DNA of 64,000 nucleotides from positions 1,116,001 to 1,180,000 of the forward strand of contig JAYWIR010000016.1 in the NCBI GenBank assembly GCA_036172245.1, written 5' to 3'. The DNA comes from Raillietiella orientalis. Its lineage: Eukaryota. Position 1 is the stretch's first letter. Every line of letters begins with the position of its first letter. The notes beneath the pieces are model-generated. The model was not told the origin of the DNA. It made no database searches and saw only the letters and a list, made by a program, of their open reading frames with translations. Positions 36,401 to 46,844 of this stretch are shown piece by piece. A program made the translations under genes and the position numbers.

Positions 36401-39400
36401 AAATAGAATTCCAGCTGCTTTAGTCGTGATGCTCGCTCGCATTCTTTTTTCTTTTTTTAAAAAAGAAAAACGGCGGAACTGCACCCCAAAAGTAAAATTG
36501 CCTCACGGCGTCGTCGTGGGGCGGTGATTCGCCTCGTTATCCAAAGACTTGCCGTCATCCAGCTGCTTTCGCCCGCGTCGTACGAAGCCGTGTTTCGAGA
36601 GTCGGACATGCATGCATACATATGTGTGACGCTGAAACAGGAGCGTGATGGGACTATGGCGGTTCATGGGAGCGTCGATGTCGCTGCCGAGAGAGCAGAT
36701 CACCGAAAAGATCCATCGTGGGGGGGGGACATCGTCAAGAATGCTGGGCCCTGGACCCTTAGCTCGAGATTCGGGGTTCGTTCCCGAGTTTGCCTTGTGG
36801 AAAAGGTGCACTCCGTCGCTGCACTTTTATTGCTGCATCACCTGTTGGCCACCGGCGAAGCGTACGCATCTAGCAAAGGAAAAACGCTGGAGGGGGGAAG
36901 GGGGAAGAAGGGCACGTATGAGAGCAGTGTAGATGCGAGAGGTGCATCTTTTCTGAATCAGCTGCTCCCAAGGACGAGGGACGGGAGGAGAGGAAAGTCG
37001 CGCGCGATCAGAGCTTTTCCCTTCCCGTCTGCCTTCGGAAGAAGGGAAAGAGGCAACGCCCACGCTCCCACGCGAACGAGGGGAGCAGCCTACGCGCTGG
37101 GGTACGAGAGTTGAGTCCCGGGAACGCCGCCGTCCCTTCCGGCTCCCATTCAAGGGCGTATGCGCACGTTCCGAGCACGTCTCTGTTCCACCGGCACCTG
37201 CGCTGAGAGCTGGCCAGCGGCGAGCGGAAGCCAAGGGTACGTTCCTTCGTACGTTTCTTTCTATCGAGGAGCACCCCCTTTCCAGACCGAGGAAACGATC
37301 CCATGGGAACCCAAGAGATCGATTTTGATCTCTCGGTCTCCGATCTCTGGAGGCTGTCCGCCCGCCGCTTGACCGTTCTTTTGACCTCAGAAGGGCTGAT
37401 TCGCCTCGCTGCACGGGGCGCGCACGCCCAGAGCTGCTCCGCACGCTTTTCCTCGCGATCTCCTCTTCTGCCGCCCGTGTCTCACTCTCTCTCTATCGTG
37501 GGAGCACACGCCCTCCACTTGGACAGGCTCCGCCTCTCCCCGCTGGCCGCTACGGCGGCCCGATGTCCTGAATGTCGCGTCGCTGAGAAAATTCCAGTCC
37601 GCGGCTCACACAGGGGCACTCATGCTCCCTCTCCACACGTGCCTAGAAGGGGCCCCGGCGGGGAGTTTACTGTGGAGCTCTCCTGAGTTCCCTCTTCCCG
37701 TTTCCTTTTCAAAAGGCCTGGACTCGGCGAGGATGCTGGCATGAGAGCAGAGGCTTCGGTTTCACCCGCCGACGGTACTCAGGAGGACGGGAAGTCGGCG
37801 GAGGGAGGACCAAGGAACGGAGCCAAGGACGAGGGAGCAGACTTGGATCCGGGGAGGGAGCAGGTTCTTCTCCAGCGGTTCAGAGTGAGCCTTTCTTATG
37901 GGGGAGGGGCTCTCAGGGAACCGGGTAAGCCCCTTCCCCTTCTCCCGCCGCTACCACGCCGGCGAGGGGCAAGGAAGCGACCGTGCACTCGTTCTCTCCC
38001 TCCCTGGGACTCTTTCCTTGTTCACGCTTGCTCGCTCGCTCGCTTCCCGAGGGAGGAGGAGAGACGGTTGCTCGCCGTCTTCCTCGCTTCCGCCTCTGCT
38101 CCGCTGGAGCGTGTGCCGTCGTCCTCGGCGCCGCGTTCTTCGCTCGGAGAGGCAGCAGCATCCCTTTCGCCTCTTCTCGCACTGCCTTCCGCTTTCACAG
38201 ACCTGAAGCTCAAGGAGGCTGACGGGACGATTTGAGCCTGGAAGTGGCAGCCCTGCGTCCCGCTCTGTTTCACCTTTGGCAGCCAAGGGATCGGCTTTCG
38301 TCCGTTGGATTCTCCAGGACGCCGGATGCAGGGGCGATGACCGCCTTCCGCAAGGATGGGGATTCTTCCGAGCGCCGCCTCCTGCGGGAGAGCAAGAAGC
38401 CGGGCCAGGTCCGTCCGCCGGAGCCGGCACAGACGGAAGGAACTCCCTGACTGTGCGTTCCATCCTCTCCTTCTCCTTATCGTGCGGGAGGAGTCCCCTC
38501 GGCTTCCTCTCTGCTGCTTCTTGCCCAGTATCCGCCGCCAGCCTTTGCCCATGTCCCTGGGTCGGACCGCGTTGCGTGGGAAAACGAGGCCGTCCGCCCC
38601 TCGCCATGCCGCACCTCCTCTCGTGGCTTCTCTAGGGGGCAGCAGCGGCCTTCCGGAGGGCGAGGCGCCGTCCACACTCGCGTTCGAAGGACAGCGCTAT
38701 GCCCGGAGCAAACGCCCCTCAGCCACCATGAGATCCGGAGCAGGGTTCACCAGCTTCCTGGAGGCGTCGGTGCAACAGATGCTCCGCGACCTTCGCCCCG
38801 TGGTTCCAACAACAGCAGCAGCAAGCAAGCAAGCGGTCCTTCGCTATTCCGGTTTTCTTTCAGGAGCTCTGGGAGGCCTTGGTTAGAATCGACTACCAGT
38901 ACATCCGCTTGCTGAAGCACGCTCTGGCAGAACTGAGGACTACCACGCTGATGGCCTACGTGTCCGCCGGAAAAGTCAAAGAGATCTTCGCCGCATACCT
39001 GAAGCGACCGGATAACAGACAGGAACACGTGCACGAGTGAGCAGCCTCTTTGAAGCCCAATCTTTCTCGAAACCATTTACAACCGAGGTCGCGGAGCGCT
39101 TCGCACCGCGGATCCCATTGCTGTTCAACGCTGACACAGCGTGCACGTGCACAACATGAACACACATACACACATACACGCATACGCATGTACAGCCTGA
39201 TGCACGGGTGCGCGCGATTCCATGCATACGTGGTGCATTTGTAACACCCGTTGTGGTGCATCTTAGCAAGTGCCCGCGTTTCAACTGCACGCGTCGAGAG
39301 ACATTTGCATGCGCGTGTGCGGCGGAACCCTTGCGCAAATGTCCTTAGCGCACGTCCGTCTCTCACGCGCGGGGCTTTGCTGCCCTCTTTGGGCCACTTT

Positions 39401-42400
39401 GCATCCCCAGCGGAACGGCGAGGTTCCTGCTGCGTTCCCTTTCTTTCTCCCAGCACTGACCTCCCCCTTGCCAGCCCGCGTGCTCCCGCAGTCGCGGGAG
39501 AAGACATCCCGCCGGTCGCACCCGTCTCTCCGTCGGTCGTCGTCGTCTTCTGTCGAGCAGTGTGCTCTTTCGGATTACATCCCTAACGTTCCCGCGCCTC
39601 CGGAAACGGAAAAGATGCCTTTTTTTCAACGGGGAATGGGGCTGCTGGCATCCGGGAGAAGTTTTCGAACCTTTTCGAGCGTTCGCGGAACCCCGGAAGG
39701 ATTCCCAAGTCAATGCGGGATTACTGGCTTTCCCCCTCCCCCTCCTTCCATCGGTGGACCTCGAACGACTCTTGTGGCTTCCAGAGCCCAGCCTGAAACC
39801 GCGTAAGCATCCTGCGACGATCGACCAATCAGAGAAGGGGGGAGGGGGGCGAATGCAAAAAACGGCAGCCATTGGAAAGTGCGCGCGCACTAGAAACTCC
39901 GTGCACGCTCGCGCTCTCTCAAGCACGCACGCACTACGTGAAATCCCAGGTACCCACTCCGAAATCTTCCTCCCCTCCTCCAGCTTCCAGACTGAATTCA
40001 ACCAGTTTCCGGTTGCGCTGCTGGCGGATGTGGAAGGGAAGGCCGAGCTGCACTGCAGGCTCGACGAACTGACCGAGAAGCTGTACCGCCAGAGCGACGG
40101 TCGCAGGAAAGAGAGCCAGATCCACAAGCAGATGCTGCTTGCCGGCGGCTGGCAGGAAGCCATCCTGCTCACCGCATGCAACTGCTTCACCCTCTTGCTG
40201 CAGGTAGGGGGAGACGAACCCTCTCTACTGCGCGCGTGCTCGTGGGAGGCGAACGAATGCCGCCCGCCCACGTCTTTCGCCCGGAAGATGTCGTCGTCCG
40301 GAGAGGGGTCTTCGAGCAAGACCGACCACCTTCCCTTTCGATGCCGTCCTTCCTTTCCTCCCAGCCCCTTTGCGCCCTCACCCTCTGCGCTCTTCTTTTC
40401 TTCCAGGCCGAAGCGGACAGATTCACCAACGTAGCCTCTCTGCTGCTGGACTACTTCGGGAACCTGAAACTCTATTCGCATCCCCTGCTGCTACAGGAGC
40501 CCCTCACGACGATACAGCTGCCTCTGCTGTCTGATGCTCCCCAGCCCGGATCCCAGCCGCTGAGCTCCAGGAGCACGGGCGCTTCCCTCTCCCTCGAGAT
40601 CGCCCAGCAGCGGAGCCGCTCCGCGAAGAGCACGGAAGCGTTCAAGAGCAGCTCGAACTTGAAGGACGCGCCGCCCGGGGATCAACTCCGCAAGTACCTC
40701 GCGGAGCACCTCAGGGAGAGCTGCGAGAGCACGTCCTCCTTCGTCGGCGGGGTCTTCGGCAGCCTCTCCGCGAAGATAGAGAACCTGTGCCCCAGCGCCA
40801 CCAAGGAGTCGGACAACAAGAACGTCAAGAGAGTGCCGCCGGCAGAGGTCCCGCAAAAGAACAGACCCACCTCTCGCAGGAGGAAGAGAACAAGCACGGC
40901 GAAGCAGGCGACCCAGTCAGGAAAGAAGATCACCCAGGAGCAGATGGATGCGGAGATGCAGGAGAGGAATTTGAAGGATCTCTATCTGTGCTTGAAGAAG
41001 GAAGGTAAAAAAAAAAAAACTCTCTGAAGAAGGGGAAAAACCTATCGACGCATCATCGGAAGCGCGCGCGGATTCTGGGCGGGAGAACATGCGAAGACCT
41101 TCGCTCCCCACGACCCCTTTCCTCCTGCAGCGCAGGAGGGGCATCCCTCGGAGCCGCCTGAAGCCACAATGACGTTGGGGCCAGCAGCCTCGGTCGGCTC
41201 AGGGGCGACTCACTTTTCGCGACGCGGGGGCTCTTTCGTTCAGTACTGAGCGCGAGGTCCAAGACGGGAAGTCCTTTTGTCTTTCCAGAGTACCGAGCCC
41301 AGTTCCGGCTGAAGCAGATCTTCCGCGTCGGGAGGGAGCGGATCGTCAGCCTGACGGCGGGCGCCAAGGCAGCCGTGGATTCCTTGGAGGAAATGCTAGA
41401 CGAGGCATATCAGATCGAACTGGAGAGGTGGGCAACACTTCCCCGAGGCCCCACGAGAAGGGGGCCTCCCACTTCCTCACCCTTTCGTTCGCGGGTTCGG
41501 TTTCCCTCTCCTGAAGCGCACGGAGGGACGGCGGTGGAGCAGCAGCAGCGCGTTGGTCTCCCGCGCCTCACCGCCGCTGGCGGCGCACGTGACCGGAGGA
41601 AGAAAGGACTGGGGAGCGAAACGGGTTTCTTATTACGCCGGAAGGGGAGAGGGTGGGGCCCGACCAAGTGGAAGTAGCGGGGGAAGCTGTAGACGCGCAG
41701 GGTCCCCGATCTCCACACCGGCAACCGTCTGCTGCTCGGCTCGCAGAACGCGCATGCACTCCGCGAGGAGCGCAGCATCTCGAGCCAGGGAAACATCTTG
41801 AACCTCCCGTGCCACAGGTGTGCCTCTGCACGGGACAGCTGCTCTCGACGCGTCTGCTTCTCCGTTCCATCACTCTTTTGTCTCTGCTGGCGGTGGTGGT
41901 GGTGGAGAAGGGGCTCTTTTTTCCATGCTTGCGCGGCATGTGGGACTCGGGACATCGTCCACGGGCAGCGCTTCACCGTCACTTGCTCCTTCGGAAGTCG
42001 GGCGAGCGACCCCCCCGACCAGGAAGTCTCAAATGGTGCGTCGCCGGACCCCACGAAGCAGAGGATCTGCTGGCCTCCTGGACAGGGCCTTCGTCGCTCG
42101 CCATGGGTCGGGATGAGGCACCGGGAGTCCCCGTGCTCTAGGAGTAACCGATGGTGGTAGGGACGCTCAGGGGCTCGGGCGCCGAGAGCGCTGAGGGAGC
42201 AGGTGAGCGGAGCTGCACCCCTCCTCCCCTGGGACAGACCCATCGCGTAGGCGTCATCCGAAGCGGGGTGTCGGGAAGAGGAAAACTCTCGTCCTTTCGC
42301 GCGCGGGAGGGGAAGGAAGGGAAGGGAGGAGCGCTCACACGCGTTTTCTCTCGGTCTCGCGCGCCGGGTCATTCCTCTGACGGGGGGGAGGGTAAAGAGA

Positions 42401-45400
42401 GAAGACAAGCGGACGTGTCGAGGGCAGAGTGACCGAGGGATACCACGAGATACTGGTGACGGCATCTGTGACGACTCTCGTCTTTAGTCCAACAGGGTCA
42501 CTGCACCGCGAGCACCGCAGTCTCCACGATGGCGGCGGCCGCTACACAGGAGGCTTCCGCCTCTGCGAACGCGAAACTCCACTTTGCGAAGCGGCCGTAT
42601 CAGATGGCACGGGTGCAGAGCCACGCGAAAGTCCGCGGCGCAGGAAGAATCGCCGTATCAGGTCTTTGGCTATGTTCCTCCCTTCGCCCCTCACCCCCAG
42701 GCGCAGCGGCCCTCTGACATACTTCCAGATGGGGGACACCGAAGTCCGGAAACGATTCCAGGGCGGAACCGTTCCCCCGGAAACAAGACGTCAGCGCTCG
42801 TGGAGCTACAAGCCTCATATGCTTCCACTCGAGTTGGTGAGGGGTGCGCGCGCGCATGATTTCCCATCATCCCCCTCCCTTCCCTTCCTTCAATGATGCG
42901 GACGGAGATCGTTCCCGCCCCATGCGTCGTCCGGCTAACGAACGAAACCCTCAGGATGCTTGAACGCACCTTCGACGACCGTCTGGTATCGGCGGTTCGA
43001 CTGGACCACGCACGGAGTCGGAAGGGGAAGGGAGGGGAAGTGACGAGGGAAGGGAGGGATCGGGAAACGTTTTGGGGGGATTCCTCGCTGGAGCTTCTCC
43101 TTCCCGTGGGTTTGGATCGGGAGCCTGGGACGCTCGCGCATGCGCATCCGAAAGCCGAGCGAGCAGAGAGGTGAGTTGCGCGTTCGCACTCGCTGGACTT
43201 CGCCGCGGATGCCCGGCGGCGCCATGCCGACACGAGGACTACAGGGAGAAAGGGTGGGACGGGACTTTTAGGACCACAGAGGCGGCAGCGGAGGTTCCTT
43301 CTGGCACTCCCCGATTTTGCCCTCAGCGTCCGTCGGATGTGCTCTCACGTTCGGCGCTGCATAGAAGACGGACGTCAACTCCCCAGGCGACTGGTCCTAA
43401 CCCTTGACGAATTCCGGTTGTCCGACCCGGTCCTCGAGCCTCCCGAGAGGGTCTCTGCCTCTCCCCGTCGCCATCTGGATGCCCCCAACCGCCACTCGTC
43501 CTTTCAGATTGGGAACTTCGTAAACCAGGCAGGTTCCGCGGTCTTCTCCGCGGGGTTCACGAGGTAAATCCCATTCTCCTGCAGATGCGCTCGAGGCGTC
43601 TGAGCGACGCGATGTCCGCGTCTTCCTTCACCCTGATCCTGCAAGACATGATCTGCGACAGTTCAGGGAAAAGCTGCGTCCCGGATTCCTGGAGGGAGAT
43701 CAGCGCTAGGCAGGTGTGGCCTTTCGTCGATGCTCTGGCGGGAGGAGGGAAGACGGTCGACTGGAAGGCGTTCACAGTGGGTGAGGAACGAGGAGGGGAA
43801 GGGGAGATCCTCAGGGAGCATCGAAGAGGCGGAACCTTTTCCCTCTCACAAAGACTGCCTGTATCCCTACTGGCGTCCTGACCAGAAGGAGGTCGTCCGG
43901 GTCTCGCTGGCCTGCCGCGACCGCGTCTTCCCACCCGACGAGGAGGAGGAACTCGTCAAGGTGAGTCGACTTCAACCGCCCCTTACGAGAGACGCGCGTG
44001 CATTTTCTTCCGAACAGGTGCTTTCCATGGTCCCTCCGGCCCACCACTTCTTGGAGGAGGAGTCGGCTGGCGGGAGCCCGGGCATCTTCGAAACGATCCG
44101 GCGCTGCTTCACGCCCCAGGGATCGAACCGGTTTGATTGCAAGGACTGGCTGTGGCACCTCTGCGCCGACCTTCACTGCTTCCAAGGTTTCCTGAAGGTC
44201 ATGAGCCTCTGCGCAGGTTGGTCGCGCCATCAAAGACTCGACCGGAACATCCCCATCCTGGGTCCGGCGCCAGTTCCATCAGCGGCACCGTGCGCAACAA
44301 CTCATTCAGACCACCCGTTCGACTCGCTCCCGACGGAGATGACGTGCCGCAACACGTTTCCGCTGGAGGACGCACGGCCGACAACTGGTCGCGGTGAAGA
44401 CGGAAAGGTGCGCACCGCGTCCGAAGGTGTGGGCTCTCGGATGCGGAGGTGCTCCTGGGAGGTGCCTCTGCGTGCGGACGCGCCGCTCACTCGCGCATCC
44501 AACGGCTCCTTCCCGCATCACGGCCGAGCCGGCCCCGTAGGTCATGGGGAGGGCGCCCGCGCGTGCCACTGCCTTCGCCCTCCTCCCGCATGAGTCTTCC
44601 GACTCCGGCGCGCGCTCCATGGCAGCCACAGGTCTCGCGATCGGTCCTTCTGAATCCGGCACCGCGCGGGGGCACTTCATCACCTTTGCGGACCGCGCGC
44701 GGGCACGCCGCAACCAAAGGCTGCTCTACCTGCTGGTCAGAACGTTGTGTCCTCCCCTCCTCCACGCCCTCTGGACTCTCGCAGGGCTTCTGCACCCCTT
44801 CTTTTCATTCCCATTTTGTAAACGGCCGAGGTCATGTGGAGCTGCAGCCCGTCAGCGACGACTGCAGCCCGGCACCCGGAGGTCAGCGATGCCAGAACGA
44901 GTCCGTGCTTCTTTGGCCCCCCCGAAATGGCTTCGCAGGACGCACGGCTGCTCTTTCCCGCTCCTCTTCAGGTGTCACTCCTCCTGGACAGCGAAAGACC
45001 AGCAGGGGGACCTTTCGAGACCTGCAGTTGGTTCATGCGAGCGTCTCCTACCAAGGACGGCGGCCGAGGCACGCCATAACCCGGTACTTTTTCGAAGCCC
45101 CAGCTGTGACTGCGTTCCGGAGGTCGGCGTATCCGCGGTCGCTCGTGCAGCACCCCAACTGATTGCTGCCACCCGCGCGAAGCCTCGGGTCTTCCCCTAG
45201 ACTCTTGGACGGCAGCGAGTGCGCACGCCTCTTGGCCATGTCGACATCAAATCTCCCAGAGAACGGAGGCCACCAGTTTCCGTTCCTACTGACTGCAGCC
45301 TTGCATGCTGCCCGCTTCTCTCCTCCGTTGCCTGGGGATGCGCCACATTCCAGCCGGTACTTCCTGCACGGGCCACTCATCCCTCGGGGTATCCCGACGC

Positions 45401-46436
45401 GTTCTCCCGCGCCCCCTTCCGAGAAAGGGAATATACGCGTGGACTCCCGCAAAGTTTCGAGAGTTCGAAGGCAGAATGAGGCGCGGCCTCGAATGGGTCC
45501 TGCGTAGGTCATCCGCGACCCCTTCAACTCCCTTCCCCTTCCCTGGAAGATCCCTGCAGTCTCAAAACGCAAACACCCGTTCGAACGCAAGCGTCTACCT
45601 TGTCCATGGAATTATCCAGCCGCCAGACCATGCTCAGCTGCTTCACCCCGGGCCATCGCTCAGAGAACGTAGGGAGGAGGAAAAACGAAGGTGGATAGCG
45701 AGAGCATACCCCCCCTCCCGGGCCACAATCCCTGAAGCAGCAGTTCCTGGAAACCTCGGGACGCACTCGGAAGCCCTCCCGACACGCTCCGTGCTGATCA
45801 GCGGGAGGAGAGGGCGGGAGCGCAGCCCGGGAGAGCGGCTCCTGACTTGCAGTCGTTACAACAGGGATGGCGGTCCGCCTGCTTCGGACCACCCTCTTGC
45901 GCCATGGTCTGATGCATGGCCCAGGAGATGAGCACTACTGACCTTCACCGCAGCCAGCTGACGTTTCGGGTACGTCGCTAGGATACCCTGATTCCCCGAA
46001 GGAGAAGGGTCCTTCGAACGGATTCCAGAAGAAAAACAACAACATTGCTTCCCCCTTCCCCGTGTTTTCCTCCTCGGTAGCACGCACCAATGAAGGGACC
46101 ACCTCTCCTCCTGCTCCGCGTAGCCGTACAGCCGTAACATCTCCTCACGTGAGGTGGAGCGACTCCGTCTGTTTCGGGTTTTTCAGCATCCGGGATGGCG
46201 GTTCCGCATCCTATCAGCTCGCCGCCGCGGACTGCATAAACTGGACAAGAACCAGGTCGCCTGGCAGGAGCGCCGGATTCGCCAATGGAGAAGCCGGGAC
46301 ACTGGGCGCCCGAAGCTTGGGTCACGGGTGCCTCGAGGAAAGGAGCCGGTCGGTCCCCAAACGGAGGCGCCTTGCATCCCATCCCTTCTTCCTGGAAAGA
46401 CCGCTGGGGCGTGAGGACTCACTGACCAAATTCTGA
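18442..46436 (+). CDS. SPEF2: Sperm flagellar protein 2 (SPEF2/KPL2); first coding exon and 3'-most exons unresolved
   Basis: Phase-consistent, stop-free exons: 18442-18550, 18597-18696, 21156-21293, 22448-22531, 22693-22856, 22918-23104, 23155-23298, 26642-26749, 28713-28900, 30294-30465, 30518-30579, 30638-30822, 30886-31034, 31088-31335, 31664-31853, 33527-33602, 33658-33874, 33925-34005, 37716-37884, 38864-39036, 39984-40203, 40407-41004, 41289-41427, 43327-43528, 43585-43780, 43854-43960, 44018-44216, 44310-44407, with a tentative last exon ending at 46436 (LASHPFFLE). Matches include the CH domain (EFASGYLYAEVL, EFSEF, ERPGKAHLLLYEMYVA), KEWKQLF, ADK-like WILDGYPMTVGQALLLE, YLKRPDNRQEHV, KAELHCRLDEL, QFRL and VDWKAF. 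Confidence 0.9.
18760..21000 (+). pseudogene. Dynein heavy chain relic block: AAA3 lid, AAA4, start of CC1 (in SPEF2 intron 18697-21155)
   Basis: QSSLLFPVEDF (KSHYLFNLRDF), GQEAAWKSLSIF (GVGGSGRQSLTRL), ECFEDFR (EFREDLK), LLFMDE, SKHLHV (RKNLHV), SLISEDIF*RMDTQNICKVLACHEWHQE (SPVGDAFRNR...NCCTIDWFHEWPEE), FLMTPT (YVTPT), LRRFERPLGSME (IERLENGLxKLE). Confidence 0.7.
21520..22080 (+). pseudogene. Dynein heavy chain relic block: AAA3 core (in SPEF2 intron 21294-22447)
   Basis: TFSSNTT (NFSAQTT), VLQKHLIRLLANERRGVLYPYSRKSV (QLQDIIESKLDKRRKGVYGPPxGKKLV), SGVELLADAI (PPIELLRQWI), DFSTSFVILSSWTP (RFLRHFNVLSIPFP). Confidence 0.65.
23329..26400 (+). pseudogene. Dynein heavy chain relic block: AAA2 lid to AAA3 entry (in SPEF2 intron 23299-26641)
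   Basis: ELLEDIFEK*L (LLEELFDKY), EEFVPHILYSLCLSI (ExYFxFALxWSLGxSL), DESGRDIF (DEDGRKKF), GFTWEP...STCQETRAPLLPWL (GxWxPW...PTxDTVRxxxLL). Confidence 0.55.
23443..23502. repeat. Perfect 25-bp inverted repeat with 10-nt loop (60-nt hairpin)
   Basis: gcattccttcatccagtggctgacg-ccgcacgcga-cgtcagccactggatgaaggaatgc. Confidence 0.97.
26902..27350 (+). pseudogene. Dynein heavy chain relic block: AAA2
   Basis: SHEGKRKIDRGSLFAL (degenerate P-loop GSGKT...LxxAL), HPLSLSEFFGNVYEEKNQ (NPKSxxxGELYGxFDxxTNE), DEPPLLPTWITEQ (DGPVDxxWIEN), LLPHLTEVFVFTGDGKH (LPPNMRLIFEVxDLKH). Confidence 0.65.
27860..28620 (+). pseudogene. Dynein heavy chain relic block: AAA1 middle and lid
   Basis: ERCIKKFLGAKPW (GRxFKGLAQSGAW), ILFPLLPPPYCSDLCGALSHHGLLSSKGSTRSL ([35 protein letters not shown]), KAAALSGSM...SAERSVSDSWRQ...LFHNDADR..GAIKSF (KSVLxxAGSL...SExxLLRALRD...LxxDDxxLFxGxIxDLF). 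Confidence 0.6.
29387..29770 (+). pseudogene. Dynein heavy chain relic block: linker end and AAA1 entry (in SPEF2 intron 28901-30293)
   Basis: LVLDMHMRVRTLVRGTLDSRDTFEW (IVLDVHARDVVxxLVxxxVxSxxDFEW), then after a frameshift YEFAKSFCPWPGRFFLT (YGYEYLGxxGRLVITP), MSAHWAG (LSxHLGG), ASLDNLVV (KALGKQVV). Confidence 0.65.
32251..33400 (+). pseudogene. Dynein heavy chain relic block: DHC_N2 second half (in SPEF2 intron 31854-33526)
   Basis: LQDILRL...VERWKVHNP* (LQEILDEWLKVQRKWLYLEP), ELESSSKSFTEELKW (QLPEEAKRFQNVDKEW), KILERV...HAFRPLSPEE (LLEKI...AFPRFYFLSNDE), INGY..FQQGEAVFLREHVD..GE..TWF (ITGM.SxEGExVPFxxPV..G.VExWL), LRFHAQEIKHRQVW (LKYPAQxxLxxSQIWW). Confidence 0.65.
34040..34760 (+). pseudogene. 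Dynein heavy chain relic block: DHC_N2 first half
   Basis: LLSSIETLHSRAGLPR (LPLIEDLRNPALRPR), RAKVAEKIGQRL (QASKExKIEKAL), LTEIRDDQSFLDAHRRMLRKI (LKGVDEIQQLLDDHIVKLQTM). Confidence 0.55.
35060..35700 (+). pseudogene. Dynein heavy chain relic block: entry to DHC_N2
   Basis: LLENTVKNEGTFGGKT...RTLEQEL (ELINKEEELFG...LxKIEKEL), HPVRDLQ (GPFxDLD), EMRERRVARFREK (EELEEEVEEF). Confidence 0.45.
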
Positions 46437-46844
46437 GCTCCGGAGAGAGGGTGCAGAGCGCCATCGGAGGCGGGTCTTCCGGCCCTGAAAAAAAAAGGGA
46501 GGGGGTGAGAGAGTCTACGGGGGAAGAGGGGATTTTATCCCCCTATGAATTGGGGAAGAGTAGCTCTGTCGCCAGGTCTATCGACTGGCTGGAGTCGAAT
46601 GCTGACCTCGGAGTGCAAAGGAGAGGGCCTCTCCGAGTCGGGCCGCGTTCCCGAGCGCCGCCGGGAATCGCGCGCGCTTCCTTCTTCGCTCCTCGGGTTG
46701 GCTCGCGCCTCCCTGCTTCCACGTACTCGCAGCGGCGGCGCTCATCTCCCCCTTCCCCTTACCCCGTTCATCCAGGAGAACGCTCCTGGACTGAAAGGCG
46801 GCTAACGAACACGAGGGACTCATTTCCTCCCCGTCCCTTTTCAG

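Noticed and set aside
39130..39320. Purine-pyrimidine alternating (CA/TG-rich) tract
   Set aside because: Low-complexity intronic sequence with no specific evidence of function.
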